Part shown: positions 1 to 12,644 of the stretch, piece after piece | Layout: every line of letters begins with the position of its first letter | Numbering within the stretch: the stretch's first letter is position 1 | DNA from: Gammaproteobacteria bacterium | Lineage (GTDB): Bacteria > Pseudomonadota > Gammaproteobacteria > Magnimaribacterales > AG-339-G14 | Direction: 5' to 3' | Assembly (NCBI GenBank): GCA_003331625.1 | Contig: QOPF01000008.1 | Location: 1,702 to 65,701, forward strand | DNA length: 64,000 nt | The notes under the pieces: model-generated | What the model was told of the DNA's origin: nothing | Seen by the model: the letters and a program-made list of their open reading frames with translations, nothing else | Database searches by the model: none | Made by a program: the position numbers and the translations under genes

Positions 1-275
1 AAAATTGTCCAGGTTAGTTCTAGTTTGGGGTTATCATCAAAATCAGCTGGCTCAACCCCTTCTTTTTTTCTGTATTTCAGAATAAGAAAGACCATAAAGC
101 CCAAAACTGCCGCACCTATTGCTACACATATCCAGAAAACGGTCATGTGAAGACCAAATATTTCTTGAGCAATGGCATTAGCTCCGGGAGTCATATTAAT
201 GTCATCCCAGGCAGAAAAGGATAGAGGTGCCAAAAGTAAGGCTGTCAGGCCATGAATAAATTTTTTCAAATACAT
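1..275 (-). CDS. coxB: cytochrome c oxidase subunit II, N-terminal part (gene continues beyond the left edge)
   Basis: Not in the ORF track because it is truncated. My reverse translation from ATG (complement of 273-275) reads MYLKKFIHGLTALLLAPLSFSAWDDINMTPGANAIAQEIFGLHMTVFWICVAIGAAVLGFMVFLILKYRKKEGVEPADFDDNPKLELTWTI. A signal peptide is followed by the LHM..FWIC..IG helix, RK..G and E..WT pattern of proteobacterial CoxB. Confidence 0.7.
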   Translation of the reverse strand, partial: MYLKKFIHGLTALLLAPLSFSAWDDINMTPGANAIAQEIFGLHMTVFWICVAIGAAVLGFMVFLILKYRKKEGVEPADFDDNPKLELTWTI

Positions 276-328
276 CTCAAATAAGTTTTAGTGGGCGTCT
301 AACGAAATGAATTATATATTATTAAGCC

Positions 329-1177
329 CTAATCAATAGGCTTATTGAGCATTCTAGAAGTATCTGGAATAAGATTAGTCCATAACCTAAAAGACTCTGC
401 GCCTTGCTCTATCAACATGCCAAAGCCATCAGAGACTTTTTCAGCGCCGCCTGCTAAAGCTTCCTGCATGAAAGCTGTTTTTTCAACAGAATAAAATAAA
501 TCATAAGCCAATTTTGTCCCTGAAAATAAGGCTTCTGGCAGGCCTATAGATTCTCCTGGTTGAGTTGAAATTGAAGTAGAGTTGATAATAAAATCAAAGG
601 AATCAGATAGCAAAAAGTCATCCGAGAGGCTTCCAGCTTCAAATAATATGCCTGTTTCATCTAGGTTAACTTTACTTTCAAGCTCCTTCTTTAATAAAAG
701 TGCTTTGCTTTCAGTTCTATTTGCAACTTTTAACTTCTCTGGCATCTTTTGGAGAATAGAGGGAATAATTCCTCGTGCAGCTCCGCCTGATCCTAAGATT
801 AAAATCTTCTTACCTTTCAGAGGAGCATTTAAGTTTTCTTCTAAATCTTTTACGAGCCCATGGCCATCCGTACAATCGGCAAATAATTTATCTTCTTTTA
901 GGTAAATGACATTGCATGCCGAAGCAAGTCTAGCTCTTTCTGAAATTTCATCAGCACAATTCAATGCAGCCTCTTTTAAAGGAAGCGTTATAGAAACTCC
1001 TCTGCCGTCGTCTTTAAAAAAACTTCGGAGCCATTCTTCTAAATTATCTTGTGTAACTTTATGTTTATTAAACTCTATATTTACCTTGAATTGATCGGCA
1101 AAATTTTGATGAATCTCTGGAGATTTAGAGTGACTAATTGGATTGCCTATTACAGCAAGTTTTAATTTCTTATCCAT
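329..1177 (-). CDS. aroE: shikimate dehydrogenase
   Basis: 282-aa ORF with the N-terminal VIGNPISHSKSP substrate motif and the GSGGAARG NADP loop. Confidence 0.9.
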   Translation of the reverse strand: MDKKLKLAVIGNPISHSKSPEIHQNFADQFKVNIEFNKHKVTQDNLEEWLRSFFKDDGRGVSITLPLKEAALNCADEISERARLASACNVIYLKEDKLFADCTDGHGLVKDLEENLNAPLKGKKILILGSGGAARGIIPSILQKMPEKLKVANRTESKALLLKKELESKVNLDETGILFEAGSLSDDFLLSDSFDFIINSTSISTQPGESIGLPEALFSGTKLAYDLFYSVEKTAFMQEALAGGAEKVSDGFGMLIEQGAESFRLWTNLIPDTSRMLNKPID

Positions 1178-1665
1178 TCGTCAGTTATTAAATTTTGAAT
1201 TGGGGTTGGTGTGTCTTCTCCGCCAAGCTTTCCATCTAATATAGATACCTCTTCTCCAAATAAGTTTTTAACTTCTTCCGCATTTTTTGCAGGAGACTCT
1301 GAAGAAATATTTGCTGAAGTTGACGTAACCACACTGTTCAATTTTTTAGAAAGTTTAATTATCGAAGGATGAATGCTTTGTCTCAAAGCTACATACTCGC
1401 TATTGCCTTTTATCCAAGAAGGTACATTTTCATTTGCTGGAACTAACCAAGTATGAGGTCCAGGCCATTTACTTCTTGCTTTTTCTATCAAGTCTTTCGA
1501 CAAATGTGAAAGGTAAGGCTCAAAATGCGAAAAATCGCCCGAAACTAAAATTAAACCCTTATCTAAGGCTCTCTGTTTTAGAAAACAAATTTTTTTTACA
1601 CATTCTTCTGAATCTGGCAGGCAGCCTAAGCCCCAAACACCCTCAGTTGGGTATGCATAAATCAT
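1162..1665 (-). CDS. tsaC: L-threonylcarbamoyladenylate synthase TsaC (YrdC domain), N-terminally short
   Basis: 167-aa ORF with YrdC motifs AYPTEGVWGLGC, KQRALDKGLIL, WPGPHTW and TSTSAN. It overlaps aroE by 16 nt and is about 25 aa shorter at the N-terminus than E. coli TsaC as I recall it. Confidence 0.85.
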   Translation of the reverse strand: MIYAYPTEGVWGLGCLPDSEECVKKICFLKQRALDKGLILVSGDFSHFEPYLSHLSKDLIEKARSKWPGPHTWLVPANENVPSWIKGNSEYVALRQSIHPSIIKLSKKLNSVVTSTSANISSESPAKNAEEVKNLFGEEVSILDGKLGGEDTPTPIQNLITDEWIRN

Positions 1666-1690
1666 TAATTTGCCATAGCTTCGGTTGGGC

Positions 1691-2170
1691 TTAGAGGCTT
1701 TCGTTTTCCTTTTTTAGAGTTTCTTTTTGTTCATTTCTAAGGTTTTGTACCTTTTTTGCAAGCTCTTCGTTACCTGTTGATAACATTTGAGCTGCAAGAT
1801 AACCAGCATTTATGGCTCCTGCTTTACCAATAGCTACTGTAGCCACAGGTACACCCTTAGGCATTTGTACAGTTGATAACAATGCATCAAAACCATTTAA
1901 AGGACCTCCATCTCCTGGTACGCCTATAACCGGCAAGGTAGTTTTTGAGGCAATATTTCCGGCTAAATGAGCAGCTAAACCAGCAATTCCAATGAAGACT
2001 CTTACGCCATCTTCTATGGCCTCATCAATGTGTGCGTGAAGTAATTCTGGAGTTCTGTGTGCGCTTAAAATATTTATCGAATACTCTACTTGAAGTGTAT
2101 CTAAAATTTCACCCGCAGCTTTTGCTAAATCTAAATCTGACTTTGAACCCATTACAATTGAAACTTTCAT
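1691..2170 (-). CDS. purE: N5-carboxyaminoimidazole ribonucleotide mutase
   Basis: 159-aa ORF with MGSKSD and SAHRTP motifs and class I PurE length. Confidence 0.95.
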   Translation of the reverse strand: MKVSIVMGSKSDLDLAKAAGEILDTLQVEYSINILSAHRTPELLHAHIDEAIEDGVRVFIGIAGLAAHLAGNIASKTTLPVIGVPGDGGPLNGFDALLSTVQMPKGVPVATVAIGKAGAINAGYLAAQMLSTGNEELAKKVQNLRNEQKETLKKENESL

Positions 2171-2232
2171 TTTATATCTCCTTAACTAAAATGTTATTTT
2201 ACTGATATTGAAAATAATTTCGAATAAGAATT

Positions 2233-2730
2233 ATGGCTATAAGAAAAATTTTAAAGTTTCCAGATCAAGACCTCAGAACAAAAGCTGAAAATATTGCAGT
2301 ATTTGATGACGAGTTAAAAGTTCTAACTGATGATATGTTAGAGACTATGTATTCAGTAAACGGTATTGGGCTAGCCGCCACGCAAATCGGTATCCATAAA
2401 AGAGTAGCTGTTATAGATATTAGTCCTGAAAAAAATGAACCTCTCATAATTATTAATCCAGAAGTAGAAATTTTAGATGCAACAAAAAAAGAAGATTACG
2501 ATGAAGGGTGTCTGAGTGTTCCTGGTTTTTTTGAAACTATTTCAAGACCTTCAGAAATTAAATTAATTTATAAAAATCTTGAAGGAAGCCAAAAAGAAAT
2601 TAAACCCGAAGGATTGTTAACTAAAGTTATTCAACATGAGCTCGACCATCTTAATGGCAGATTGTTTGTGGACCATATTTCTCAACTTAAAAGAAGAAGA
2701 ATTAGAAATAAAATAGTTAAACAAAAATAA
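2233..2730 (+). CDS. def: peptide deformylase
   Basis: 165-aa ORF with GIGLAATQIG, EGCLSVPG and HELDHL metal-site motifs. Confidence 0.95.
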   Translation: MAIRKILKFPDQDLRTKAENIAVFDDELKVLTDDMLETMYSVNGIGLAATQIGIHKRVAVIDISPEKNEPLIIINPEVEILDATKKEDYDEGCLSVPGFFETISRPSEIKLIYKNLEGSQKEIKPEGLLTKVIQHELDHLNGRLFVDHISQLKRRRIRNKIVKQK

Positions 2731-3662
2731 TGAATATTTTATTTGCCGCAACGCCTGATATTGCTCTGGAAACCTTAGAAGTTATTTATCATTCAAAACA
2801 TGAATTGCTCGGCGTTATCTGTTCTGAAGAAAAGCGATCCGGTAGAGGACTTAAAATTAAAAAAAGTCCCATCAGAAATTTTGCAGAAGAAAAAAAAGTA
2901 AAAATATTTTCTTACGAGGACATAAAGGATCCAAGTTTCATGTCAGTTCTAGGAAAACTTAATATTGATTTGCTCTTAGTTTTTGCTTTTGGGCATATTA
3001 TTTCTGAAAGCTTAATAAATCTTCCAAAGTATGGAAGCGTTAATATTCATACTTCGTTGCTGCCAAAATACAGAGGCGCTGCTCCCATACAAAGATGTCT
3101 CATAAACTGTGAAAATGAGACAGGTATTTCTTTTATGAAAATGGATGCTGGTCTCGACACTGGACCTGTAATAGAGACTTTCAAAATAGAGATCAAAGAA
3201 GGTATGAATACCGAAGACCTAGAAAAAATTATGAGCTCCATATCTTCTATAAATATCCTACAAACTATTGATTATATTGAATTAAATAATTTAAATTTAA
3301 TAGAGCAAAATGAAAATGATGCATCATATGCATCTAAAATAAATAAGCAAGAAGCTCTTATAGATTGGTCTAAACCTGCCATTGAAATAATAGGAAAAAT
3401 TAATGGTTTATGCCCGAATCCTTGTGCATATTCAAGGTATCAAAACGAAAGAATTATATTTTATAGAGCGGTGCCCTCTCCTATTGAATCTCAAGGAGCT
3501 GGAAAAATAATCTCCTCAGAAAAAAACGAATTGTTAATAGGTGGTATCGATAAATGCGTCTCGATAAAAGAACTAGCTAGAGAAAGTAAAAAAAGAATGA
3601 CATATAAAAATTTCTTTAATGGGTCAAAGAATTTTTTTCTAAAGAACGAAATCTTTGAATAA
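2730..3662 (+). CDS. fmt: methionyl-tRNA formyltransferase
   Basis: 310-aa ORF whose start overlaps the def stop (TAATG). It has the SLLPKYRGAAPIQ motif and the conserved def-fmt pairing. Confidence 0.9.
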   Translation: MNILFAATPDIALETLEVIYHSKHELLGVICSEEKRSGRGLKIKKSPIRNFAEEKKVKIFSYEDIKDPSFMSVLGKLNIDLLLVFAFGHIISESLINLPKYGSVNIHTSLLPKYRGAAPIQRCLINCENETGISFMKMDAGLDTGPVIETFKIEIKEGMNTEDLEKIMSSISSINILQTIDYIELNNLNLIEQNENDASYASKINKQEALIDWSKPAIEIIGKINGLCPNPCAYSRYQNERIIFYRAVPSPIESQGAGKIISSEKNELLIGGIDKCVSIKELARESKKRMTYKNFFNGSKNFFLKNEIFE

Positions 3663-3721
3663 TTGTGATGATATTCACAATCTTTTTTTTCTGAGAGTAT
3701 AATTTTTATAGGGATAAAAAA

Positions 3722-5086
3722 TTGAATATTTTAATATTAGGTGCTGGCCAAGTTGGCTCTGAGTTAACGGAAATTCTTTCTGAAGATGGTCACAGCATAA
3801 CTCTTGTAGATTTAGATAAGGAAAAGCTAGAAAAGGAATCTGAACAGCTTGATATAAAAACAATTTGTGGAAACTGCTGTTATCCGCAAACTTTAGAAGA
3901 TGCAAATATTCAGGATACGGAATTAGCGATCGCAATGACTGCATGGGATGAAGTAAATTTAGTTGCTTGTCAAATGATAAAACACTTAAATAAAAAAACT
4001 CGAACCATGGCCAGGATTAGAGCTAGAGAATACCTAAAAGGTAAGGGAAGTAAAATTTTTGAAAACGGCGAATACTCTGTAGATGTTTTGATTTCCCCAG
4101 AAACTCTTATCACCGAATACATATCAAAATTAGTTCAGTTACCAGGTGCTCTTCAGGTCTTAGATTTTGGAAATGGGACAGCTTCTATGGTTAGTGTGAA
4201 AGCTGTCAGTGGTGCTCCGATAACCGGTCATAAAGTTTCAGAGCTTAGAGAACATATTCCTAAAGCAGATACAAGAGTCGCTGCGATTTATAGAGAAGAA
4301 GAAATAATAATACCTAGCGGTGCTGATTTTATAAGAGATGGGGATGAGGTTTTCTTCATCTCAGCAAAAGCCAACATAAAAAAAGTAATGTCAGAAATTA
4401 GACCGCGTGATTCAAAATATAAAAATATTATGATTGCTGGTGGAGGAAAAATAGGAAGAAGGCTCGCCAAGTTATTGGAAGATAAATTTAGCGTAGTAAA
4501 GATTATAGAAAAAAGTAGAAAAAGAGGAGACTATTTATCCGAGAATCTAAACTCAACTTTAGTGTTAAATGGAGATGCCACAGATCAAGATTTTCTCATA
4601 GAAGAGGGCATAGATTCTGTTGATATGTTTTGTTCCGTAACTGATAGTGACGAAGCAAACGTAATGTCATCATTATTAGCGAAAAAATTAGGTGCGAAAA
4701 AGGTACTATCTCTTATGAACAAACAATCTTTTCTAGACCTAATTCATCAAGGTGAAGTTGATATAACGGTCATTCCTAATGAAATAACAGTGGGAGTTGT
4801 TCTTAAAAACATTACAAAAGCAAAAATTGAAAGAGCTCATACATTTAAAAGGGGTAAATCTGAGGCTGTTGAGTTGATTGCCAACCCTGAAACTACTTCA
4901 AATATAATCGGCAAAGAAATAGACGATATAAAGCTGCCAAATGGCTGTACAATTAGTGCAGTAATACGGGGAAAAGAAGTCAAAATTGCCCATCATGATG
5001 TTAAAATTCATGAAAATGATCATATAATAATATTTTTATCCGATAAAAAATTGTTTCCAGCACTAGAAACAAGTTTAATGAATTAA
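3722..5086 (+). CDS. trkA: Trk potassium uptake system NAD-binding subunit TrkA
   Basis: 454-aa ORF with a TTG start. Two Rossmann loops (GAGQVGS, GGGKIGRRL) sit in tandem TrkA-N/TrkA-C halves. Confidence 0.9.
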   Translation: MNILILGAGQVGSELTEILSEDGHSITLVDLDKEKLEKESEQLDIKTICGNCCYPQTLEDANIQDTELAIAMTAWDEVNLVACQMIKHLNKKTRTMARIRAREYLKGKGSKIFENGEYSVDVLISPETLITEYISKLVQLPGALQVLDFGNGTASMVSVKAVSGAPITGHKVSELREHIPKADTRVAAIYREEEIIIPSGADFIRDGDEVFFISAKANIKKVMSEIRPRDSKYKNIMIAGGGKIGRRLAKLLEDKFSVVKIIEKSRKRGDYLSENLNSTLVLNGDATDQDFLIEEGIDSVDMFCSVTDSDEANVMSSLLAKKLGAKKVLSLMNKQSFLDLIHQGEVDITVIPNEITVGVVLKNITKAKIERAHTFKRGKSEAVELIANPETTSNIIGKEIDDIKLPNGCTISAVIRGKEVKIAHHDVKIHENDHIIIFLSDKKLFPALETSLMN

Positions 5087-5106
5087 TAGAATTTAGAAGA
5101 AATTAA

Positions 5107-6558
5107 ATGAAATTTAGACTCATTTCGAGGGTTTTAGGAATTGGACTGATATCTTTCTCATTTCTACAGTTGACGCCTATCTTGGTTTCTATAATTTATA
5201 GCGAAGAAAATATTAGTGCATTTGCATACTCTTTCGCGATAACTCTTGTATTTGGGTCTTTTCTTTATCTTATTAACTTTGAGAAAAAATATGATGGTAT
5301 TAGAGTCAAAGAGGGATTTCTTTTAACTGTTCTTTTATGGCTATTTTTTACTATTTTTGCAACCATCCCTTTGGTATTAGGGACAAAAAATGAATTGTCG
5401 CTAGTAAGTGCTTACTTTGAGGCTACATCAGGCTTAACAACCACTGGTGCAACAATATTCTCGGATTTATCTAACGAATACTATTCAATATTGTTCTACA
5501 GGGGATTATTACAATGGGTAGGGGGATTAGGAATAATTGTTTTGGCTATAGCATTGATGCCGCTTATAGGAATAGGGGGGATACAACTTTACAGAGGGGA
5601 AACTCAAGGCCCTATTAACCAAAGTAAGCTTAGGCCTAAAATAGCTGAAACTGCCAAAGTTTTAGTCTACATCTACCTTATATTGACGCTTTTATGTTTT
5701 TCTTCTTATTTTCTTGCGGGTATGAGTTATTTTGATGCAATAGTTCACTCTTTTACCACCATAGCCATAGGAGGTTTTTCTAACTATAACGAGAGTTTTG
5801 CTTATTTTGACAATAATACAATTTATTTCTTGGCTATAATCTTTATGTTCATATCTGGCATTAGTTTTTCACTACATTATTTGTCTTTTTCTAGTTTTAG
5901 GTTGTTTAACTACCTTAAAGATCCAGAGTTTGGATTTTATTGGAAGATGTTGTTTATGGCTTTTATTCTTTTTGTTTTAACAATAGGAATGAACGACTCG
6001 TCTTTTTCTTCAAGCTCCATTGTAATTTCGTTATTTTCTATTACTTCTTTTGCTACCACTACTGGTTTTACAATATATGATCACACTACCTTCCCCTCTT
6101 TTTTGCCACAACTATTAATTTTTATAGGAATGATTGGTGCATGTGCAGGTTCAACCGCTGGAGGTTTCAAATCTATAAGGGGCTTAATTTTATTAAATCA
6201 TGCAAGAAGAGAATTGAAAAAACTTATTCATCCTAATTTAGTTTTGCCATTAAAAATAGGTAAGAAAAAAATTAGCAACGAAGTTGCAGATTCTGTTTGG
6301 GGATTCTTAACAGTTTATTTGCTAACATTTTTAGTTGGAGCTTTTATATTAATAGGGCAGGGCATAGATGCCGAAACAGCCTTTACTGCAATAGCAGCCT
6401 GTCTTAATAATTTAGGTCCCGGTCTTGGGGAAGTAGCATATAATTACGCTGGAATGGACTCTTTTGCAAAGATATTATTATCCTTTGTTATGATACTAGG
6501 CAGGCTTGAAATATATACTTTGTTGGTATTGTTTACATCTTTCTTTTGGAAAGAGTAG
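5107..6558 (+). CDS. trkH: Trk potassium uptake system membrane subunit TrkH
   Basis: 483-aa polytopic membrane ORF with four pore-loop-like repeats (TTTGAT, IAIGGFS, TTTGFT, NNLGPGLG), directly downstream of trkA. Confidence 0.88.
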   Translation: MKFRLISRVLGIGLISFSFLQLTPILVSIIYSEENISAFAYSFAITLVFGSFLYLINFEKKYDGIRVKEGFLLTVLLWLFFTIFATIPLVLGTKNELSLVSAYFEATSGLTTTGATIFSDLSNEYYSILFYRGLLQWVGGLGIIVLAIALMPLIGIGGIQLYRGETQGPINQSKLRPKIAETAKVLVYIYLILTLLCFSSYFLAGMSYFDAIVHSFTTIAIGGFSNYNESFAYFDNNTIYFLAIIFMFISGISFSLHYLSFSSFRLFNYLKDPEFGFYWKMLFMAFILFVLTIGMNDSSFSSSSIVISLFSITSFATTTGFTIYDHTTFPSFLPQLLIFIGMIGACAGSTAGGFKSIRGLILLNHARRELKKLIHPNLVLPLKIGKKKISNEVADSVWGFLTVYLLTFLVGAFILIGQGIDAETAFTAIAACLNNLGPGLGEVAYNYAGMDSFAKILLSFVMILGRLEIYTLLVLFTSFFWKE

Positions 6559-6587
6559 TAAGTACTTACTATCAATAATAAATAGAC

Positions 6588-7940
6588 ATGAAAGAAAACA
6601 AAATGGAAAAAATTACCTCTCTCTGTAAAAGAAGAGGGTTCATTTTTCAAACGGCTGATATATATGGAGGCATGCAGGGTGTATATGATTATGGCCCTTT
6701 AGGTGTCGAGCTTGCTAACAATATAAAGCAGTCTTGGTGGCAAGCCATGATTTATCAGAGAGATGATATTGAAGGATTGGATTCTTCTATTTTGGGAAGC
6801 CAGGATATATTTTCACAATCAGGTCATGAAGATACGTTCTCTGATCCCATGGTTGATTGCAAGTCCTGTGGTGAAAGATTTAGAGCAGACCAAGTTCCGG
6901 ATTATTGTAAAAAGGAAGATTTAACAGAGCCAAGAGATTTTAACTTGATGTTTAAAACAAATATTGGTCCTGTAGATGATGGAACCTCTACAGCATACTT
7001 AAGGCCTGAAACTGCACAGCATATATTTATTAACTTCAAAAATGTATTAGACAGCACATCCAGAACTTTACCTTTTGGTATTGCTCAAATCGGAAAGGCA
7101 TTTAGAAATGAAATAACAGCAAGAAATTTTATATTTAGGAAAAGAGAATTTGAGCAAATGGAAATGGAATATTTTGTAGACCCCAAAGATGATGAAAAAT
7201 TTCATTCTTATTGGATAGAAGAAAGAATGAAATGGTGGCTTAACCAAGGCTTAAAAGAGGAAAATCTTGAGCTTTTAAGCGTACCTAAAAATGAGCTTTC
7301 GCATTATTCTAAAGCTACCACAGATATCATGTATAAATTTCCTCACGGGACAGAGGAATTGGAAGGTATTGCAAACAGAACGGACTTTGATTTAGGTTCA
7401 CATACAAAATCTCAAGAAGAATTTAAAATTAGAGCAAAAGTAAAGACGAATAACACTTCTAAAGCCAAACTAGCCTATCAAGATAAAGTTTCAAATGAAT
7501 GGCTCATTCCATATGTAATAGAGCCAAGCGCTGGGGTAGAAAGAGCGTTTTTAGCTATATTAAATGATGCTTACAAGGAAGAAGAGCTTGAAAATAATAC
7601 AAAAAGGATAGTATTGTCCTTGAAAAAGCATCTATCTCCTGTGAAAATAGCTGTAATTCCTCTAAAAAAGAATGTAGAGGATATAGTGAAAAAGGCTATA
7701 GAGATAAAAAATAGCCTATTAAATCTAAATATCGGAAGAATAAGTGTAGAAAACACAGGGAATATAGGAAAGAGTTATAGAAAGCATGATGAAATTGGAA
7801 CGCCAATTTGCATAACAGTAGATTACGACACTATAGAGAAAAATATGGTTACCTTTAGAGACAGAGATACCATGGAACAGACTTCTGTAAGCCTTGATAA
7901 CCTTGAACAAGAGGTTATAGAAATATTTCAAGATAAATAA
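6588..7940 (+). CDS. glyQS: glycine--tRNA ligase, single-chain alpha2 (GlyQS) type
   Basis: 450-aa ORF near-colinear with the Thermus/Gram-positive alpha2 GlyRS as I remember it ([76 protein letters not shown]). A second ATG at 6603 is an alternative start. Confidence 0.9.
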   Translation: MKENKMEKITSLCKRRGFIFQTADIYGGMQGVYDYGPLGVELANNIKQSWWQAMIYQRDDIEGLDSSILGSQDIFSQSGHEDTFSDPMVDCKSCGERFRADQVPDYCKKEDLTEPRDFNLMFKTNIGPVDDGTSTAYLRPETAQHIFINFKNVLDSTSRTLPFGIAQIGKAFRNEITARNFIFRKREFEQMEMEYFVDPKDDEKFHSYWIEERMKWWLNQGLKEENLELLSVPKNELSHYSKATTDIMYKFPHGTEELEGIANRTDFDLGSHTKSQEEFKIRAKVKTNNTSKAKLAYQDKVSNEWLIPYVIEPSAGVERAFLAILNDAYKEEELENNTKRIVLSLKKHLSPVKIAVIPLKKNVEDIVKKAIEIKNSLLNLNIGRISVENTGNIGKSYRKHDEIGTPICITVDYDTIEKNMVTFRDRDTMEQTSVSLDNLEQEVIEIFQDK

Positions 7941-7942
7941 TT

Positions 7943-8482
7943 ATGGCGATTGAAAAGTATATTATCTTGGATAGAGATGGTGTGATAAATGTAGACCTGT
8001 TTGATTACGTTACAAACCCAATCGATTTTAAATTTGAGCAAGGTAGTTTAGAGGCTCTTAAAAAATTAACGCTCTTCGGCTATAAAATTATTGTAGCTAC
8101 TAACCAAGCTTGTATTAGTTTGGGGATAGCCACTAAAAAAGAAATTGATGATGTTAATTTACACATGAAACAGAAGGCAAAAGAAAATGGAGCTGAGATA
8201 TTGCATATTGAAGTCTGTCCACATAAGCCTGAAGATAAATGTAAGTGCAGAAAGCCAGAAACAGGGCTTTTAACTTCAGCAGAGAAGTTATTAAATATTA
8301 ATTTAAAAGGTTCCTTTTTTATCGGTGATAAATTTTCTGATATTCAATGTGCTCTAGCGCACGATTGTCTTCCTGTTCTGGTTAAAACTGGTTACGGTGA
8401 AATAACTTTGAAGAATCATGACGTTTCTCAAGCCCAAGTTTTCGAGAGACTTTCATCTGCAGCTAATTTTATATGTCAGTGA
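7943..8482 (+). CDS. gmhB: D-glycero-D-manno-heptose 1,7-bisphosphate phosphatase (HAD family)
   Basis: 179-aa ORF with HAD motif LDRDGVIN, TNQ, the Zn-site-like CPHKPEDKCKCRKP and GDK..D. The pattern matches E. coli GmhB. Confidence 0.85.
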   Translation: MAIEKYIILDRDGVINVDLFDYVTNPIDFKFEQGSLEALKKLTLFGYKIIVATNQACISLGIATKKEIDDVNLHMKQKAKENGAEILHIEVCPHKPEDKCKCRKPETGLLTSAEKLLNINLKGSFFIGDKFSDIQCALAHDCLPVLVKTGYGEITLKNHDVSQAQVFERLSSAANFICQ

Positions 8483-9189
8483 TCTTGTTTTTTCGTACTT
8501 TGTTTTTTTATATTATTTTAGCAATTTCGCTCATATTAATTTCTTTAACCTTCCCGTTTTGTATTTTTATTGATAAAAAATTTAGACAAAAAATAATTTT
8601 ATCGTGGGTTTCTTTTTTTAGGTTTTGGATAAGATATTGTTGTGGAGTAAAAATTATTTTCAAAGGAAACTTAGAAATATTGAAATCAAAAGAAAAGAAA
8701 ATTTTTTTTTGTAACCATCAAGGATTTATTGAAACGCTAGTTTTGTATGAAAAGTTTATTCCAACTGCAACCATACTAAAAGATGTTTTGTTGTCTTGGC
8801 CTATAATTGGCTGGGCTTTAAGATTATTAAGTTCTATTCCTATTAATAGGGGAAGAGGTCCTGAAGCGATAAAAAAAATATTTAGTTATGGGCCAAAACT
8901 TTTGAATGATGGCTTTTCTATCATTTATTACCCTGAAGGCACTAGAAGAAAGCCTAGTGAATTAGGTACTTATAAAAAGACCGGAGCTGATCTGGCTTAT
9001 AAGACAAAAAGCCAAATAGTTCCTATTGTTCATAACGCAGGCGAATGCTGGTACGGAGGCGATTTTTTAATAAAATCTGGAAAGATAATTTTTTATATAG
9101 GTGAAGCTATAGAGCCTACAGAGAATGTAAATGAAACAACCGAAAAAGTTAGATCCTGGACAAAAGAAAAGTATGAGGAACTTTTTTAA
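8473..9189 (+). CDS. plsC: 1-acyl-sn-glycerol-3-phosphate acyltransferase
   Basis: 238-aa ORF with an N-terminal TM helix and acyltransferase motifs NHQGFIE and YPEGTR. Confidence 0.8.
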   Translation: MSVILFFRTLFFYIILAISLILISLTFPFCIFIDKKFRQKIILSWVSFFRFWIRYCCGVKIIFKGNLEILKSKEKKIFFCNHQGFIETLVLYEKFIPTATILKDVLLSWPIIGWALRLLSSIPINRGRGPEAIKKIFSYGPKLLNDGFSIIYYPEGTRRKPSELGTYKKTGADLAYKTKSQIVPIVHNAGECWYGGDFLIKSGKIIFYIGEAIEPTENVNETTEKVRSWTKEKYEELF

Positions 9190-9190
9190 C

Positions 9191-11620
<2,430 letters not shown>

Positions 11621-12640
11621 TTATAAATCAATTACACAATCAAACTCATATTTTTCTATTCTTTCTAAGGAAGTGATAAATAATTGATACTTTGTTTTTC
11701 TAAGAGCTTTTAAAGCTATCTCCAAATTTATATCGTCCAGTTCTGATGGTAGGTCGTCCACTAACAAAATAAATTCATCTATATTAGATTCATATTTATT
11801 ATTAATGAAAAATAAATAAATCAATAAAATCAGTACTTTCTGCTCGCCTCTTGAGAGAATATTTCCAGAATCTTGGCTGTTTATCTTGATTGAGAGATCA
11901 GAAGTTTGAGGTCCTAGAGAGCTGTAACCCCTAATTTTATCTTTTGAATATACCTCTCTTAATTCTTCTAAAAGGTTTTCCTCCCATCCTTGGTAGTATT
12001 TTATTGTTACTGCCTCATATTTTTTTTTAAGTCTTTCTGGAAGATCTATAGAGGCAAGAAAGGATCCAAAATTTTCAATAAAAAATGTTATAAGATTTAA
12101 TTTTGATTTGGTAATTAATAGGGACGAATCTACAAAAACATTTGTCCATGATTTTACCTCATTCAATGATCCTTTTTTTAATGCTCTGTTTCTTTGTGCA
12201 AGAGCTTTTTTAAAATACGAATAATTTTTTTTATAGTCTTGTTCCACGTGAAACAAAAGATAGTCAACAAACGACCTTCTATTTTCTTTTGGTGCCTCTA
12301 AGAGATTAAGAGAAAAATTGTTTATAACCATAGGCAGTATGATTTTTTTAATTTCAGGAGATTCAGATAAATTTTTTAGCCTGCCCCCCTTCTCTTTGTA
12401 AATTGAAATTTTTGAATCGTTGAATAAACCTTCGGCTAATAAATTAGGTGAATCAAAATTTATTAATGAATTTAATGAAGAAGTTCGAAAAGATTTGGAC
12501 TTGAAAAGAAAAAAAATTGCCTCAAGCAAAGAAGATTTTCCTGCGCCATTTTTACCAAGAATTAAATTCTTTGTGCCAAGGGTTTTTGTTAAATTATCGA
12601 AAGATCTAAAATTATTTAAATTTATTTTTTTGAGAGGCAT
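11621..12640 (-). CDS. recF: DNA replication and repair protein RecF
   Basis: 339-aa ORF with Walker A GKNGAGKSSLLEAI and an SMC/ABC-like C-terminal half (LLVDDLPSELD), in the conserved position between dnaN and gyrB. Confidence 0.88.
   Translation of the reverse strand: MPLKKINLNNFRSFDNLTKTLGTKNLILGKNGAGKSSLLEAIFFLFKSKSFRTSSLNSLINFDSPNLLAEGLFNDSKISIYKEKGGRLKNLSESPEIKKIILPMVINNFSLNLLEAPKENRRSFVDYLLFHVEQDYKKNYSYFKKALAQRNRALKKGSLNEVKSWTNVFVDSSLLITKSKLNLITFFIENFGSFLASIDLPERLKKKYEAVTIKYYQGWEENLLEELREVYSKDKIRGYSSLGPQTSDLSIKINSQDSGNILSRGEQKVLILLIYLFFINNKYESNIDEFILLVDDLPSELDDINLEIALKALRKTKYQLFITSLERIEKYEFDCVIDL
12240..12255. promoter_or_regulatory. parS: parS centromere-like site (ParB binding), inside recF coding sequence
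   Basis: TGTTCCACGTGAAACA fits the 16-bp palindromic consensus TGTTNCACGTGAAACA at all specified positions. It is the only such site I found in the window, about 3 kb from dnaA and 10 kb from parAB. Confidence 0.7.
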
Positions 12641-12644
12641 CTCA

